Below the pieces are notes generated by a model. The model did no database searches, was not told the origin of the DNA, and saw only the letters and a program-made list of their open reading frames with translations. The position numbers and the translations under genes are program-made. Of a DNA stretch of 64,000 nucleotides, positions 26,352 to 40,940 are shown piece after piece. The first letter of the stretch is position 1, and the number at the start of each line of letters is the position of its first letter. This DNA is from Trichoplax adhaerens (lineage: Eukaryota > Animalia > Placozoa), in NCBI RefSeq assembly GCF_000150275.1, contig NW_002060949.1:4744753-4808752 (forward strand). Reading direction: 5' to 3'.

Positions 26352-29300
26352 ATACAAAATATATATTATAATAAGAAAAGATTGTAATTTGAACAGTTGG
26401 TAATGGAACGTAAGTTATTGAAGATCAAATTCAAGCACAACACTAGCAGTTATGCCACGATACTGTAGAATACTGTCAAGATTGCAACAACGATCATCAT
26501 CAATGGAGAGAAAATGGAGACGATAATGATTAGTTTTGTAGATGTGCCAGTTTTTTGAATTGTTGTCAATTCAATTCTTTTTACTGATGGTACTCCTGCT
26601 AACCGCATTTTAACGATCTTATGACTAGCATAGTAGAATTTGTGCTTTCTATTAAATAGGATAATGGAATAAAAAAAAATAGCAAGATTGACTGTTAATC
26701 ATTGATCTATTGAACATGACCACTGTAATGGATATTTTTTTTGTTGTTATTTCTTTCCATCGACTATCACACAAAGATCAATGAGCTTGTCGATAAGGAT
26801 AGATAATCGTTTGGTTCAATTAAATTGTAAATTAGCCTGTGTCATCATACGGTCAATTAAGGTATCCTATACACTTGCAGTTAGAGCATCGTTTCCAAAA
26901 AATGGCAAAGCTGATGCTTCTAAGGATAAACATTGACTTTCTTTTGCTACCTTTTAACACCATCATTTGCAAGCCCTAGCTACTCCATCCTATCGTTATT
27001 CTACAATCATTAATCAATCAACTCAGAATCAATGGAGAGGTATCATTAGTTGGGATTGACTTGAATCAATTGCCGTTATCTCAATATGATATCATGAACA
27101 GTCATCCATAGGCATTGTTTGACCATGGGGGGGCCCTATTGTTTCAAGCGACCACGCACGTCATGGACAAGTTCATACTCTACAGCAACCGTGTTCCACA
27201 CGTCAACCGTAGAAGACGTACTGTACTCATCCAGGTCAACGTTCATCCTGATCAATAGTATTCTTTTATTCTCCCGCTCAATTTAATTTCACTGTAATTG
27301 AAAAAATTTTTTCCTAGTGAAAAATGTGCAAAAAAATGAGCAGAAAAATAAAAACCAATATTGTCATTCCAGGATCATTTTTGGGTCGGTTAAAAATGAA
27401 GCGAGCACTTGGTGATATATTGGAATAAAGTGGTAGGAAAATAAAGCAATTAAAGCAAGAGTAATAACTACAACAGTGAATAATGACCTCTTGCTGTTAG
27501 AAAAGAAAAAAAAGAATAATTATTGAAATAACTATCATTAATCTATTAGCAGGAATAATAATGAGATGATCGATCATTATAATCATCCCTTGTTATGATG
27601 TCATTGATCCAGTTTGCTACCACAGACAAAAAAAAAAGAAATGCTATGATGGATGGCATAGCTACCGTAGCATAAAGCAATACCGATTTATTTGAAAATG
27701 ATTTGGAAAATATAGTCGGCAATTCATTGATTGCTTCCTACTCGTGTCGATGATGATGATTTATCTCTCGGTAGAAATGGACAAATGATTAAAAATAAAA
27801 AATGATTTGAATGACGTAAAAATAATAAGGGGGGGGGGAAAGAGAGAGAAAAAGGAAAATGGAAATGTTGCTGAATAAGGATAATAGTCATGATAATAAA
27901 TCAATCACAGATGGCTACTGCTGGATGATTGATTATCATCTTTGAAAGTTGTATCTTAATGAGGCGCCATACTATGAATGCTATAGTGAAAAGGCAATCA
28001 ATAATGGTGTCTGTACGTTTAGAGTCAAGCCAATGCTGGTTGCTACAGTTGAACCGAAGACAAAGTCAATTCACTTTATCCACTAGTACAATTAAAAATT
28101 TAAAAAATTGAGACTGCTAATATAATAGGCTAACGTTGTCGCTAACGATATCAAAATGATTTCAGGAAGTGAATCAATATGACTATCCAATGTATTTATC
28201 AGCATCCATTTAGACTTTTAGACTAGACCATTTGACCATTGTTGTTATAAGCTCATTTTTGACAGAGATCAATTCAGTTTTGTCAAGTTGTATGCGCTAT
28301 CAATGAATAATGGTACCAATAGTTCGATCACGTATTTGGGTTACTATCGATTTTTCCCTTTTAATTCATCATTAATCGTAAGATAACTTTCCCTACGTCT
28401 ATGTTACTCAATCTATCTATCAATCTATTCATTTTTACTTTACTTTATCGACAATCATTGATGATAGTTGATTTTCAGGAGAAAAAAAAATCATGTAGAT
28501 GCAATGACTAAGAGTTGATCAACAGTCAGCAGTATTTCTCTGCCTCTATTTTCACCATTCAAATTGTTGTTGTATTATCTATAGCATTGTTTTCACATCG
28601 CTCTTGAATGTTGTATCAATATTGTAAAGCTTGACAGGTAATGTATAATAGGATTCAATACTATATGTTGGTAAACTCTTGATATACAAAATGTCCACAG
28701 TAGATTATCCTCTAATCAGTCAATTCTACTAATATCAGTTGACATGTGCATTTGATTGCAAGCTTATCTATTTTATCCTATTTGTTGTTGTTATTCTATT
28801 CCAACTCATCTCTATGTACATTGTGTCAAGATGTAGACAGTAGTGATCAGTCGATGACAATAGTAGCTCATTTAACTATCGGCTCTGTTACATCATCTAT
28901 TAAATATCTATTTTAGACATATTTTATCCTCATTTTAAATTGTATTGATCATACTTGAAAAGTGAAGTTGGATAGAATAGTGATAGAAAGTGTATTGAAA
29001 AGATTAGAAAGCAAAATGCAAGAGATAGAAATTTAAAAAATTTTTTTTTAATTAGATAGAATGATTGATTTCATTCAATTTATTTTTACATTATTTGATT
29101 CATCTAGGATTGGATAAAAAGAAGCATGCACACAGTTCTACATACTCAACACATACAGTATACAAAAAGTAATAGTATATAAACATTTAGGATAAATAAA
29201 ACATCATTTGATCCAGATAGATGAGTAAGAATTTCAAAGAATTAAAAAAATTCACCTTGATTCTATTATGAATGCATTCTTTACTGGCTAATTTATCTAT

Positions 29301-29782
29301 TGTGCTATTCTTTTCTCCATCCGTTATTTATCTCTGTTTCAACTCTAATTTTCCAGTAAGCAAACTTGACTACTGTCTTGGTTGATCAAATATAGATATT
29401 AGCCAGTGGACGTTATTGGTAGGCAATGCTGTAGACAGATACAATTTGACAAATTAAATTTTAGTCATATTGAAATCCTCGTAGCTCCTATCACTCGACT
29501 TCATGTCATCGCTCCATTTTTCTCTTGCATATCAACGCATTGGGATACAAGACGATACTGATAGCAAATTATAATTAATTATCGATATTTTTTTTTCCCC
29601 TAGTTGTTGGATTCATTATTAATATTTTTGTTTTCTCAGGTTATTATTTTTCTCTCTTTAATTTTTATTTATTCTCTTTTTCCACGAACTCATTATTCTT
29701 TCATAGACTTTAGTCGAAAGTCATTCTATAAATCTCCCCTAATTTCTTTGTCTTCGTTTTCTTTAGCTTTTTTACTATTATG

Positions 29783-29825
29783 ATTATTATTATCATCATC
29801 ATCATCATCATCATAATCATCATCA
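29783..29825. repeat. Compound (ATT)n/(ATC)n microsatellite
   Basis: attattattatcatcatcatcatcatcatcataatcatcatca read directly. Confidence 0.9.
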
Positions 29826-32800
29826 CTATTAATTTCTTTTTAATATAGCATAATACCTGGTCTAATTTTATATTCGACAGGGGTTATCTAGTATTGATAG
29901 GGACCTGTTTTGTTGTTTTTTTGTTTTCTTCTGTGGGCTGGACCAGCAATTAACACGGTAAACAGTCCTCCAATAGCTATTGAATGGATATATTCTCTGG
30001 CATCTATGCCAAATGTTCACGTAAATATATTCTTATGTATTTTTATTCCAATTTAATCATTTAATCATCACGTCAACGATTTTGATACAACTAGAACGCG
30101 CATATTTTATTTTGAATATAACTCTATTTCATTCTTTTGATGGCAAATCATAATCAATGATGGTATAGGATGTTAATGGAATAACTTGTACACGAGTTGG
30201 TGTACTTCCGAAATGACATGTGTCCAAGAATAGGTTATTGCTATAAAATTAATGACGGAAAGATGGCCAATTGTCTATTATAACAAAACTTCCATATCCA
30301 TTATTTCTCATATCGTGCCTAATCTCTCACAAACGCGTCTTATTAGACCGTCTTTTAGGATTGATTAATCGATAAATAATTTGGCTTACTGTACCTATTT
30401 TGAATTCAAAGAATTTATTCCATTGCTAACCCATCGTTCTATTTTCATAAGTGATCATTTCATAATTACAAATTTTAGTCATCTATACAATTTGCAAATC
30501 ATTTGCATATGACTAACATTGATCTTTTCAAATCAAACAGAATTCCCTGTAAGGATATTAATTTAATATCTATGCCAATACAGCGGATTATCCATCAGTA
30601 TGACAATTTGTTTTAATTATAAAAGAAATATTTCAAAGTAATTTCTTACCTTGAATTGATTACATTAGTACTTATATTATCATACTTGATTGTTTAATGT
30701 AGTAGTAATAATATTGAACAGTTAATCTCAACTGAAGATAATACTAAACTGCAAATCATAGAATAAGATTGAGATACGTCAATTAAGGAATGATTATAAC
30801 AGATTGTATTCTATTACCGAATATATGCAGTAGTATTGCAATAGTTTCGGAATAGTACAAAGTGGATCTTTTAAAAATTATTTAATAGCATTTGATCATG
30901 TCACCAATTGTCATTAATTTTTTCTTGATAACTTACAGAGAATTTTCAATGAAAAAATATAATTTATGCCTAACTGATGTGTGAGTTCTCATAAGGTTTT
31001 AGCTAAAATATTTTTGAAATTGAAAATTTAGTTGATAAAAAATAGCTATCAGCAAAAATTGGCTACTCAATCTTTTTCTACCCGACATTATTAAAGTATA
31101 TTTTAATCCACCGTTATGATTATTCGTAGTCACTATCAACTAGCTACTCATTATTATCCTTATTCAATTGATAGAAAACTTCTAATGTATTAGATTAGAT
31201 ACCCAAAAGATGCTATTAAAGTAGATAATAAGCGATTGTATTGTAAGATAAAAATTAAACACGTATTGTGATTGAAACTATTGATATTTCTATTAGCATA
31301 TCAATCATTTCTTTTAATCGGCTGTTAAGACAGAAAGATTGCCAACAATAACCCAGCTTGCACTTGCTAAAATGATATCATTCATTAATTGACGTCTTTC
31401 AAAACATGGCATTAATTAAAGCGTTAAAAATAAAATAAAACACTATAGTTAGCAATTGAATCAGATGATTTTATCAATCTGTGATGGAGAAACTTGACCT
31501 TATTGATTTTGAATCCAAATTTAAATTTATGTTATTTGGACTTGATAGATGATTCGATAATATACGTATTTTTCAAAGTTGATTATTAATTAATTTTATC
31601 CTCTTAAACGGTATATTTTTTATTGATTGATTGCTATCACCTCTATATTATATTTGACCATTATATCGATGTATTTAGTAGACATAGTAAGCGACAATAC
31701 TAACATTATCTGCTCTATGACAAGCATTTAAACTAGATACAACTTATCAGTCGATAAATTTTGATAGTACTCTATGTCAATAGGCTCAATGTATAAAAAA
31801 ATATTGATCATCTTTGCATTTACACTTATTCGGTTTAAGTAGACATATCTAAGTCGATGATGTATGCCTACATACTATGTATCATTTATTTTGAAAAATA
31901 ATATTTAAAATTGACAACTTTGAACACCGCCAGTCTATATACATTAAGCACTAATTTCGATCTACCAACTTGTCCTGTTATGTGATATTGTTGGATCAGC
32001 ATCAGTCTAGCAACGTAAAATCAACATAGTAATGATGAAAGTTGGAGCGACAAATAGGATAATTATATAATTAATCACAATGTTGTACTTATTAAATGAA
32101 TCATCATTAGATAATTAGCCCTTTTAAAATTGAAATACAGAGTCTGTTAGTAAAATAAATGTAAATTGACGATGGAAAAAAATTAATTTTTTTCTCTTAC
32201 ATTGTGTGTTTAAAAACATATTGAGCCAGTGTACAGCATCCATTACTTAACTAATAGGTTATCGACAAGATATCAATTTAATCATCAAGGCGTGGCTAAA
32301 AGAACGACAGAAACATCTGTACTGGCTGACAGTAGAAAGACGTAGAATTGATATGGTTAATGTATTCCACACTATGCTATTATTTGTTGTTGTCTTTTTC
32401 ATTTTGAAATCATCCATGATCGTCATATTGAATGTTGGGTATTTTTACTTTCGACTATGTCAATCAAATTGAACCGTTCAGCACCTGTGAGGTCTTTGTT
32501 TGAGCAAAGTATTGATCTTAAATTCGTCCATATTTGTTTTCCTTGCTATATACAACAGAATATATAATTATTATTGAACGTAGATCAAATCTCATTAATT
32601 AATCGTTACAGAAAATAAATATCAAGATTACTATATATATACAGTATATGAGTGTGTTATACGCAAATTTATATTCAATAAACTAAACTCAATCGTATGC
32701 ATGTTGTGCTAATTTAGGCACATTATACACTATCTACAGCATAAGCAAATACCGTGCCGGTAGCTCATCACAAACATGATATTGAATAAACTGTTCGATT

Positions 32801-35800
32801 AGAATCAAAATATAAAATGGGATGATAGTTTTATAATAGAATAATCAAAAACTGATTGCATTCTATCATATTTTCGTATCTATTCTTAATAATATCATAA
32901 CCAATTATAAATATGACAATCATATGCGGATATGAAGTACTAATCAATCTAATATTATTCAACACTGCTGTTTCGGACAGGATTTTAATCAGTTGGTAAC
33001 GATAAAAGAGATTATTAGCAAGAGAATGATAATTTAAGTTATCTATAGTAATGGAAATTCGGTATAATATTCCTTAACCAGAATTATCTTAGCTTTTCAA
33101 CTTGTAAGTATTCTCATTAGAAAGGAAGAATGGTACCAATTACATAAGATTAAATGTAGAAAATGGTACTTTGTTTTAAGTAAAGAAATAAATTTAAGTT
33201 TAGATGTTACATTTGATATCTTAATCAATAGCTGTGAGTCAAGCTTTTAAATAATTATGATCTAGTAAATAGACACTTTCACATTCACACCAGAAAGAAA
33301 CATATAGCGTAAATAAAAGTATAAACAAGGAACAGATAGAATATAAACAGTAAACTTGAAATTCAGATATGATGTTTAATAGTATAATACAAAAGAATAC
33401 AGATAGTCTGTATGAACTGGTGTTTCAGTATCAATACAGGCTTAGAGTTGTAAATATCATATTAAGATAGACATATGAGTTCAAAATAAAATCTATAATG
33501 GAAGAATTTTTCTAGCCATGACAGCTTGCGACACTTTTAAATTATCTATGATTAAAATTGTTATTTTTCAAAATCGGTATCGCTGATCTATCTTTGATTT
33601 ATTATAATTACTTAAAAATAAAAACTAATAGTAGGATAACAGTTTAAATACTGTAGTTATCATTAAGAAATAAAAAGCTAAGAACAAAAGGGCTAAATTA
33701 ACGAAAGAAACAAAGTACTATCTTTTCTCTATAAATAAAATTTATATAGTTAGGATGAGTATAGAAATCATTATTGACGTTTATTCTTCGAGACCATTCG
33801 TATTATGTATATAATTATGGTCATATGCTAGGATAGAACAATATAAAATGTGAAGTACCTAACCAACAATGGATTGTTATTGATTAAAAATGAACAAATA
33901 ACACCCGCTGTAAAACAACAGTTGAGTTTTAAATTTAATTGATCACTCAAACTGTTTATTGTCTATATTTTCATTCCATGTTGTACATCGAGGCTAATTA
34001 TGCTAATACCCTAGATATCATTATTCTACTTAAAGAGATATACAAAAAAACGTGTCTTAATGCATTCTAAATCATAACAAATTCGTACATTGTATGACAG
34101 TAATATTAATTCCGAATGTAGAGGTTATCTTTTGGTTTAAGTATCATAAAATATTAGTGGAAGATGAAAATAAGATCCAATAATTAATATAAAATTTTAA
34201 ATCAAGATATGATAATATTATACAGTACAAAGATCAGAGATTATGTCTGATTAAAAATATTACTCTTAAAGTCAGGAAAAATAAAAGTTTTCACCGTTAG
34301 ACTAGTTCCTGATGATTCTTGCAGTATCTAATCTAGAAATTTATTGCTAATTGTAGAAGGTATCGGTATATTAATTGAAAATAAAAATAGAAGATTCTTC
34401 AGATTTTCTTTCTTTAATATGTTGGTTTTGTCAACTTAGTAGTTTCAATCACTTCAGTCTTCATTGCTCTCGTGTTACTAAAGTTTTTAATAATATGAAG
34501 GAATTAAAAACTAATTTTTATCGATGAAAATTCTGTATGAAAGATTAATGAACTGCGAATCGATTCGCAGTGCATTTATTTAATCAAATATAAATTATAC
34601 TGCTTCAAAATTATTAAAATAGTAAATATATTTAAGACAACCTTTAAATACTGTACTTTATACTAAATGATTGGATGGTTTGAAGATATATCCATAGGAA
34701 ATGGATGAGATTGAATAAATAGGATATTTTAAGTTTAAAAATAAAAAATTACTATTGCATTCAATATTGCTAAATGGTCTTTATTTGATGGCATAGGAAT
34801 TCATCTAGTTTTCGGTTGAAAAAATTATAGATTTGCCTTAAAGTGCATCTTATTAGCGAGGTGTTAGAAATCTTTTGGAAAACGAGTTAGTTTAATAAGT
34901 ATGTATTTACATTTCATTTTATTGTAGATACAGTTCAATCGATGATATTATTAGCAGCAGAAAACAAGCGAAAGATTATTTATCGATAAATCATAAAGTT
35001 CATTCAATATTTATCCATTACGCCTGATCAGTGCTGAGAGGTGATGGTTATGGTACTTATGGATCCTAAAGGATAATTTTTGTGAAAATTTTTAAATAAG
35101 AGCTACTGTACTGTTTTAAACTAAATTTTAAAATATCTTCCGATATTAGTAAACACTATTAACATATCCTATAGATTTTCATTCTTTTCTAAAATACTTG
35201 CAATTTTAAAGCCTTAGAAATTTGCAGTAATGGCAAGTAAATGAAAGTGCTAAACTAAGACCATATTTAGTACATCCAAGTTAATCTTAATATCTCTCTC
35301 TCTATATATATACGTATTATGATTAATTTGAATGAAACCAAAATTAGTTTTTATGTATACTTGCGGCTCTTATGTCAAAACAATCAATGTATTGTATTAG
35401 AATACCTAGGTATGATATGCTCATAGAACTACGTTTTGGCCTGTTCTAACAAGATTTGTTGATATACAGCATTTAAAAAAGTAATGCATAAGTGTAATGT
35501 TTCAGGAACCTGTATACTTTTATTTTATTTCTTGTAAACGAAATAAGATAAATTTCACACTACATTGTGGATAGAGAACTTAAATGTCCTTCGTCAAGAG
35601 ATACTTAGGCATAGAATCTTGCCTATTCTGCAAGGTGAAAAATATTACCGTTTGAGCATAAGAGAATGGATTAAATTTAGCCGAGATATTAAATACTACT
35701 CTAAATTTTAAAGTATCTGTACTACACGTATAATTTGAATATCGTAAAGGCATCGATTAAAAGTGTTGTGGATTGATTTCATCTCTGATCAGTGACAATA

Positions 35801-38800
35801 AAAGATTACATACGAAGCAAAGTACTAATTTTTGCTTTTGGCATTGATTAGAAGTAATATACTGCATATGCAATACATATCTGTATCAATATGCAGTCTT
35901 GCGGTAGCAAAGTCTATTTATGAAGTTAATAGACTTACATGAGTTTAATGCAATTTTTACTTCCATTTACTGAAAATTGAAACCCATTTTACTGAAACTA
36001 AGTTAATGTACAAATTTCTAGTCTATGCTGAGTATCTAGATATATCAAATGCTATATAATAGCGGCATATCTTTGAATTGATATTACTAGCATATATTTG
36101 TCTATATCGGGTAATGCTAGGAATCTCCTATTAATGTGCAGAAAAGTCAATAAAAACGCTTATATTAAGTATTTGTCGAAAGATAATATCTATGTTCAAT
36201 ATTATCATAATAAAGATGATCTAGTAAGGAGTTCTTACCCGAAATTTGAGTATAGCAGGTTAAGTTTACATTATAAACTAATAAAAAGATTTTCGTGCTA
36301 GAAATTAATTTAATATTTAACTACCTAACAGATTCTAAGTTTGAGTACTTGATCTATCCAAGTTACATTTTATCACGTATAAGACCAGTATATTTTATTT
36401 TAAATGATTAGATGAACCAAAAAAATAATTCCTCCTATAGCTTCTATCGTAGTATTCATTTATATGAGGACGCACATGGTATTATACGGATATATTTCAA
36501 TATTATAATATTGCTACTGTGATAAATGTAATATAACAGCAACCCTTTTTAAGATTCCCAATTACTTTTCAAGACAAACTTAACGCAAAAGAATACAAAA
36601 ATGATCTTAAAGAGATGACAAATTCAGGTAAGCTGTGGAAAATTATGATTAGCATACTCTAGGCATTAAATAAGTCATAAAATTACTATTGTCGTAATAA
36701 TCTTGTTTGGTTTGTCAAATAGCTATGATTCGATATTGTTCATGTCGTATTTGCAACATGAAAACGATAAAAACTTATTTCTTGATTATTTTATTAGTTT
36801 CTAAACTGTAAATACTGTATATAATTAACGCAAATATGTATTCGATAAACTTATTTCATAATTATATGTTACCATTAGATCTATTGGTTACATTAACTAA
36901 AGAATTATTTACTGCTATTTAATTATATATATTTATTAAACATAGTAATATGCTGTCCATATTAATTACTTTTCACCGAATGTATTAAGGAAGATTCCTT
37001 ATAAGATTACAAAAAACAGCTATTTTCTTCATTCAAGCAGAGGGACGAAAAATTTTATACTAGGAGGAATTCAATATTGAACATCAGTAGGATAATTAAA
37101 TTAAGAAGCGGCAATATCGTGTCTAAAAATTATCTTTTACGATTAAAAAGCACATAATATATTTATGATAGGAAGGAACTGATAAATTAGAACGGTTTCT
37201 AATAAAACTTTATTGTAACTATGAGATCAAAGACTGAATGTTGAATTTGAATTAATAATTGATGAAAATATCATTTTAAAATTATTTAATAGCTAGAATT
37301 GCAATTAGACAGATGAAATAGGACTTTAATGATATTGTAACAATTTATTTCCAATTTACCTTTTAATTGTATAGCATAGATTATAGTAGGTTATTTTCAT
37401 AAAGTATTATTTAAATTTTTTTCATTTACAGGTGCAAATAAAGCCTTTATGCCTGGAAAATTAAGAATTGTTAGTAGTCAATAGTTGCTAATGATTCATA
37501 AACTGTCATGACATTTTAATTGTTTATTTTTAAATATATCTACTTTAATCTACTAATTACATCGGACTTGATGATGAGATATGGTTATTAAATATATCTA
37601 TTTTTTGACAATATTTATTACTGCTTGCTGATTTTTCATAACTTTAAGGTAAATTATAAACTTGTATCACTAATAAGCCACAGGTATTTTGTGACGAGAA
37701 TGGACTCCTGCTGGTAGTATACAAGTATAAAAGGAATAGAAATATCAATAAGCGACCATAATATATTAAAAATTAGACACAAACATTTACCTATCTAAAT
37801 ATCAATCATAACTTATTGATGCCATCTCCTGTCAAAATAGATTTCAATTAGCCGATTGTTTTGCAAGACTTATCAGAATTTTAAACAATTTAACTTTTAT
37901 GCTTACTATTAATATTGCTACACTCTAATTAAATAATAAAAATTTCTTTTTATTAATACATAGTAATATCCAATTTATTTTACTTCATCAAATTCATGCT
38001 GGTTATCTTAGTTTCGTATAATTAATGATATCGTCGAAGGTAGAGCTCGTGATAAGGTGCAGTAATTAGTTAAAAATTATTAAGGATTAATACAGACTGG
38101 AATTGCTAATATTGATACTAAAAGGGAGAACTGAAAGAACCCGCTTTCATCCAAGACAAATAAAGCCTAGTGAAAAAGCAAAGTACAAATTACGTATCAC
38201 TACGTTGTAGTTAGAAATTAGTAAATCTGGTTATCATTTTGATTTAATATTATGATTTCATTAAAATATCGCCATTACTAGTAAGATTTTATGATTCTTC
38301 TGTTCTTAATTGCCTGTAGTTACGATAACATAATAATATTACAGGTAAGAATATTATGTAAGCTACGATAAGGCGTTCTTTATATCAGTGTAATATTATT
38401 CGTGTTTTCGGCTGGCATTGAAATGAAATATGATTCGAAATTTGCCGTTAACAGCTTTAATTGTTTGAAGCACCCTTGTATATTTAGTTTTAACTAGCCA
38501 ATCGATCAGTTAACTGATAAATTAAAGAGTCTTTAATATGAATATATCAAATATTTCTTACTTTTTGTTAGCTTATACGGTATTATATTAGTTCTATGAG
38601 TGATTATTTTGAAAATGTAAAATGCGCACAATAGGGATTGTCACAGTAGAAATATAATTATAATGGCTGAAGTATTACCTTTAGCTGAAGATGATATTTA
38701 TACGTCTATTTTTGGCGATAACACAAATAGTCTTACCAAATAGTATAGTTCAGTTAGGTTCAGAGTAACAAAATTTTACAATTTGTTATTCTAGCAACTG

Positions 38801-40600
38801 TCATCAAAGGCAAAATGATAGACTTATTGTATATGGTTTTAAAGATAGCACTAGTAATTTTGTACCTATCTATTTATAGTCACGTATTTCAAGATAGCTG
38901 AGCTCTTTTAATAATTTTCTGTTTCTAATCATAATTATAACATAAATATGCTCAATATTGTTTCTAGATCATTGCGTATATGTATTATATTAGCGCACAT
39001 ATGAACGTTTTCAGAGATATTTATTAACTTCTGTACTTATGATTGCAGTATGAGTATTTCAAAATCTTTGAAAATTTTTCATTTAACTTATAGTTTTAGA
39101 TTCTATTCATCGATGCAAAGTATTGGCCATTCAAATTCATCTCATACAGTAAAGATTTAATGATATCCTACGATATATCGACAATAATAATATTTGTAGT
39201 GCCAGTAATACAGCCATCATCCTTAGTAACATCATTAATCACTATTAATCAACCGTCTATTGTTAAGCTATACTGTGTATGAATCCAGCCAGTAGCTTTT
39301 TACTGTAGCCTTAATATGACTGCTAACAAAGGCGGTCGTAATACTGCTACCTACACGCTCGACACTTGTTCTAGTACAACTTAGTTTACATCGTGTTTGT
39401 AGGTTAATAAATTACAGCCCAATACTTACAGCGGAGAAATTAAGACTACGAGTCTATCATCCAGTCTGCCCTTTCGTCATTTAGTTATAATACAATTTAA
39501 ATATTAGGAATTTACTATCGCAACAGTAATTGTGCATATCTGTCTTAGATCAATCTATGAAACCCTAAATTTTTTATTAGAAAATGAACTAATTTATGGT
39601 ACAAGTAAGTAGATTTTAGTGGCTATTACTGAGGTGTAAAATAAAACATGCTGTTATCTATACATGTATTGATGAATTTCAGATCATTATACAGTATTAT
39701 CAGTGAATTTTAAGGTATGTTATCTACCGAATACCAGATAGAAAATAGGAATTTTGCCATTGTTATAAGTCACTTGATAGTAATTGGATTGTAATGATAT
39801 ATTGTAAAATTGCTATATTATGTTGTTACTATAGATAATTATGCAGATAGCTCCTGGTGAAGAACTAATTCATCTAGTAAAGTTAAGTTAGCAAAATAAG
39901 CCAAGACCTAATCGTAATATTTTTGAGACAGTTTATCACGCTCATTGTGTTGTAAAGTGCTGTAAACTTCCTTAGTATTGGATCGTAGATTTTACGAGTT
40001 TTTATCATTATTATTAGCCATGTTAGTATGATGTACGGCACCATTGTGTGGTTTTCGATAATTATCTAAAGGTATATTTCGTAGTAGCTCATAGCTGTAG
40101 ACTGTCGTGGACTATTCTATGTTAAAGTACAAATGACCACATACAGTAGGTTGTCAAGTCGCTATTGATGCTAGAGGTAAAATAGATATGTAACTCATAC
40201 ATTGCTTTAGCTGGAGAAATAAATTCTACGTAAATACTGTAGCTGTTGCTCTATCGAATTATAATGTAGATGGTCCGCTATAAAGTACTGTTGTTACTGA
40301 TGAGAATAAATGTAAAATAACTTAGAATATTACTGAGCTGATCGTAGCTGGAAACGTTATGAAAAGTATATATATATAACTTTAGATTATGCAGTAGTTG
40401 CGTCAAAAAATCTTTGCAGTGATTGTACTGTACTCCAGCTAGGGTTGAGCTGTATGCAAACTACCTTTGTACGCGTATAAAGATACGAATAAAGCTCTAA
40501 TTTTCTACGATTTTGAAATTTTGAGATCGGTTATATCACAAGTGCATATTACGGTATTAACATTAATTAATCAAGCTAGTAGCTGCAACTTAAGGTTAAT

Positions 40601-40940
40601 ATATTATTACGCATGAATTTCAACGGAATATAACTTTGATATTTGAACGAAGAAACTGGATATCGCTATAGTATACATTGTACAAGTACTGTACCGTACT
40701 GAATGCTTCTACGGGCATACAGCATTCATATATAAGTAATTTTAAATATTATTACACATGAATTTCAACGGAATATAACTTTAATTTTTGAACGAAGAAG
40801 CTGGATATCGTTATAGTGTACATTTGTACAAGTACCGCACTGTACTGAATGCTTCTATGGGCATACAGTATATATAAATAACTTTAAATATTATTACACA
40901 TGAATTTCAACGGAATATAAACTTTGATTTTTGAACGAAG
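40601..40940. repeat. Tandem repeat, ~143-145 nt unit, ~2.4 copies, plus a detached partial copy at ~41503-41573
   Basis: Units start at 40601, 40746 and 40888 with atattattac(g/a)catgaatttcaacggaatataacttt...tttgaacgaag; the partial copy reads ttctacggg...aaatattatacaggaatttcaacggaatacaactttcatttttgaac. Confidence 0.92.

Noticed and set aside
24177-28111. ORFs 24177-24467, 24838-25035, 25649-26020 and 27929-28111 upstream of FoxA
   Set aside because: No domain similarity or exon chains; composition reflects low-complexity non-coding DNA.
40601-40940. Repeat with regular spacing considered as a CRISPR-like array
   Set aside because: Whole units are duplicated with no unique spacers, the context is eukaryotic and there are no cas genes.
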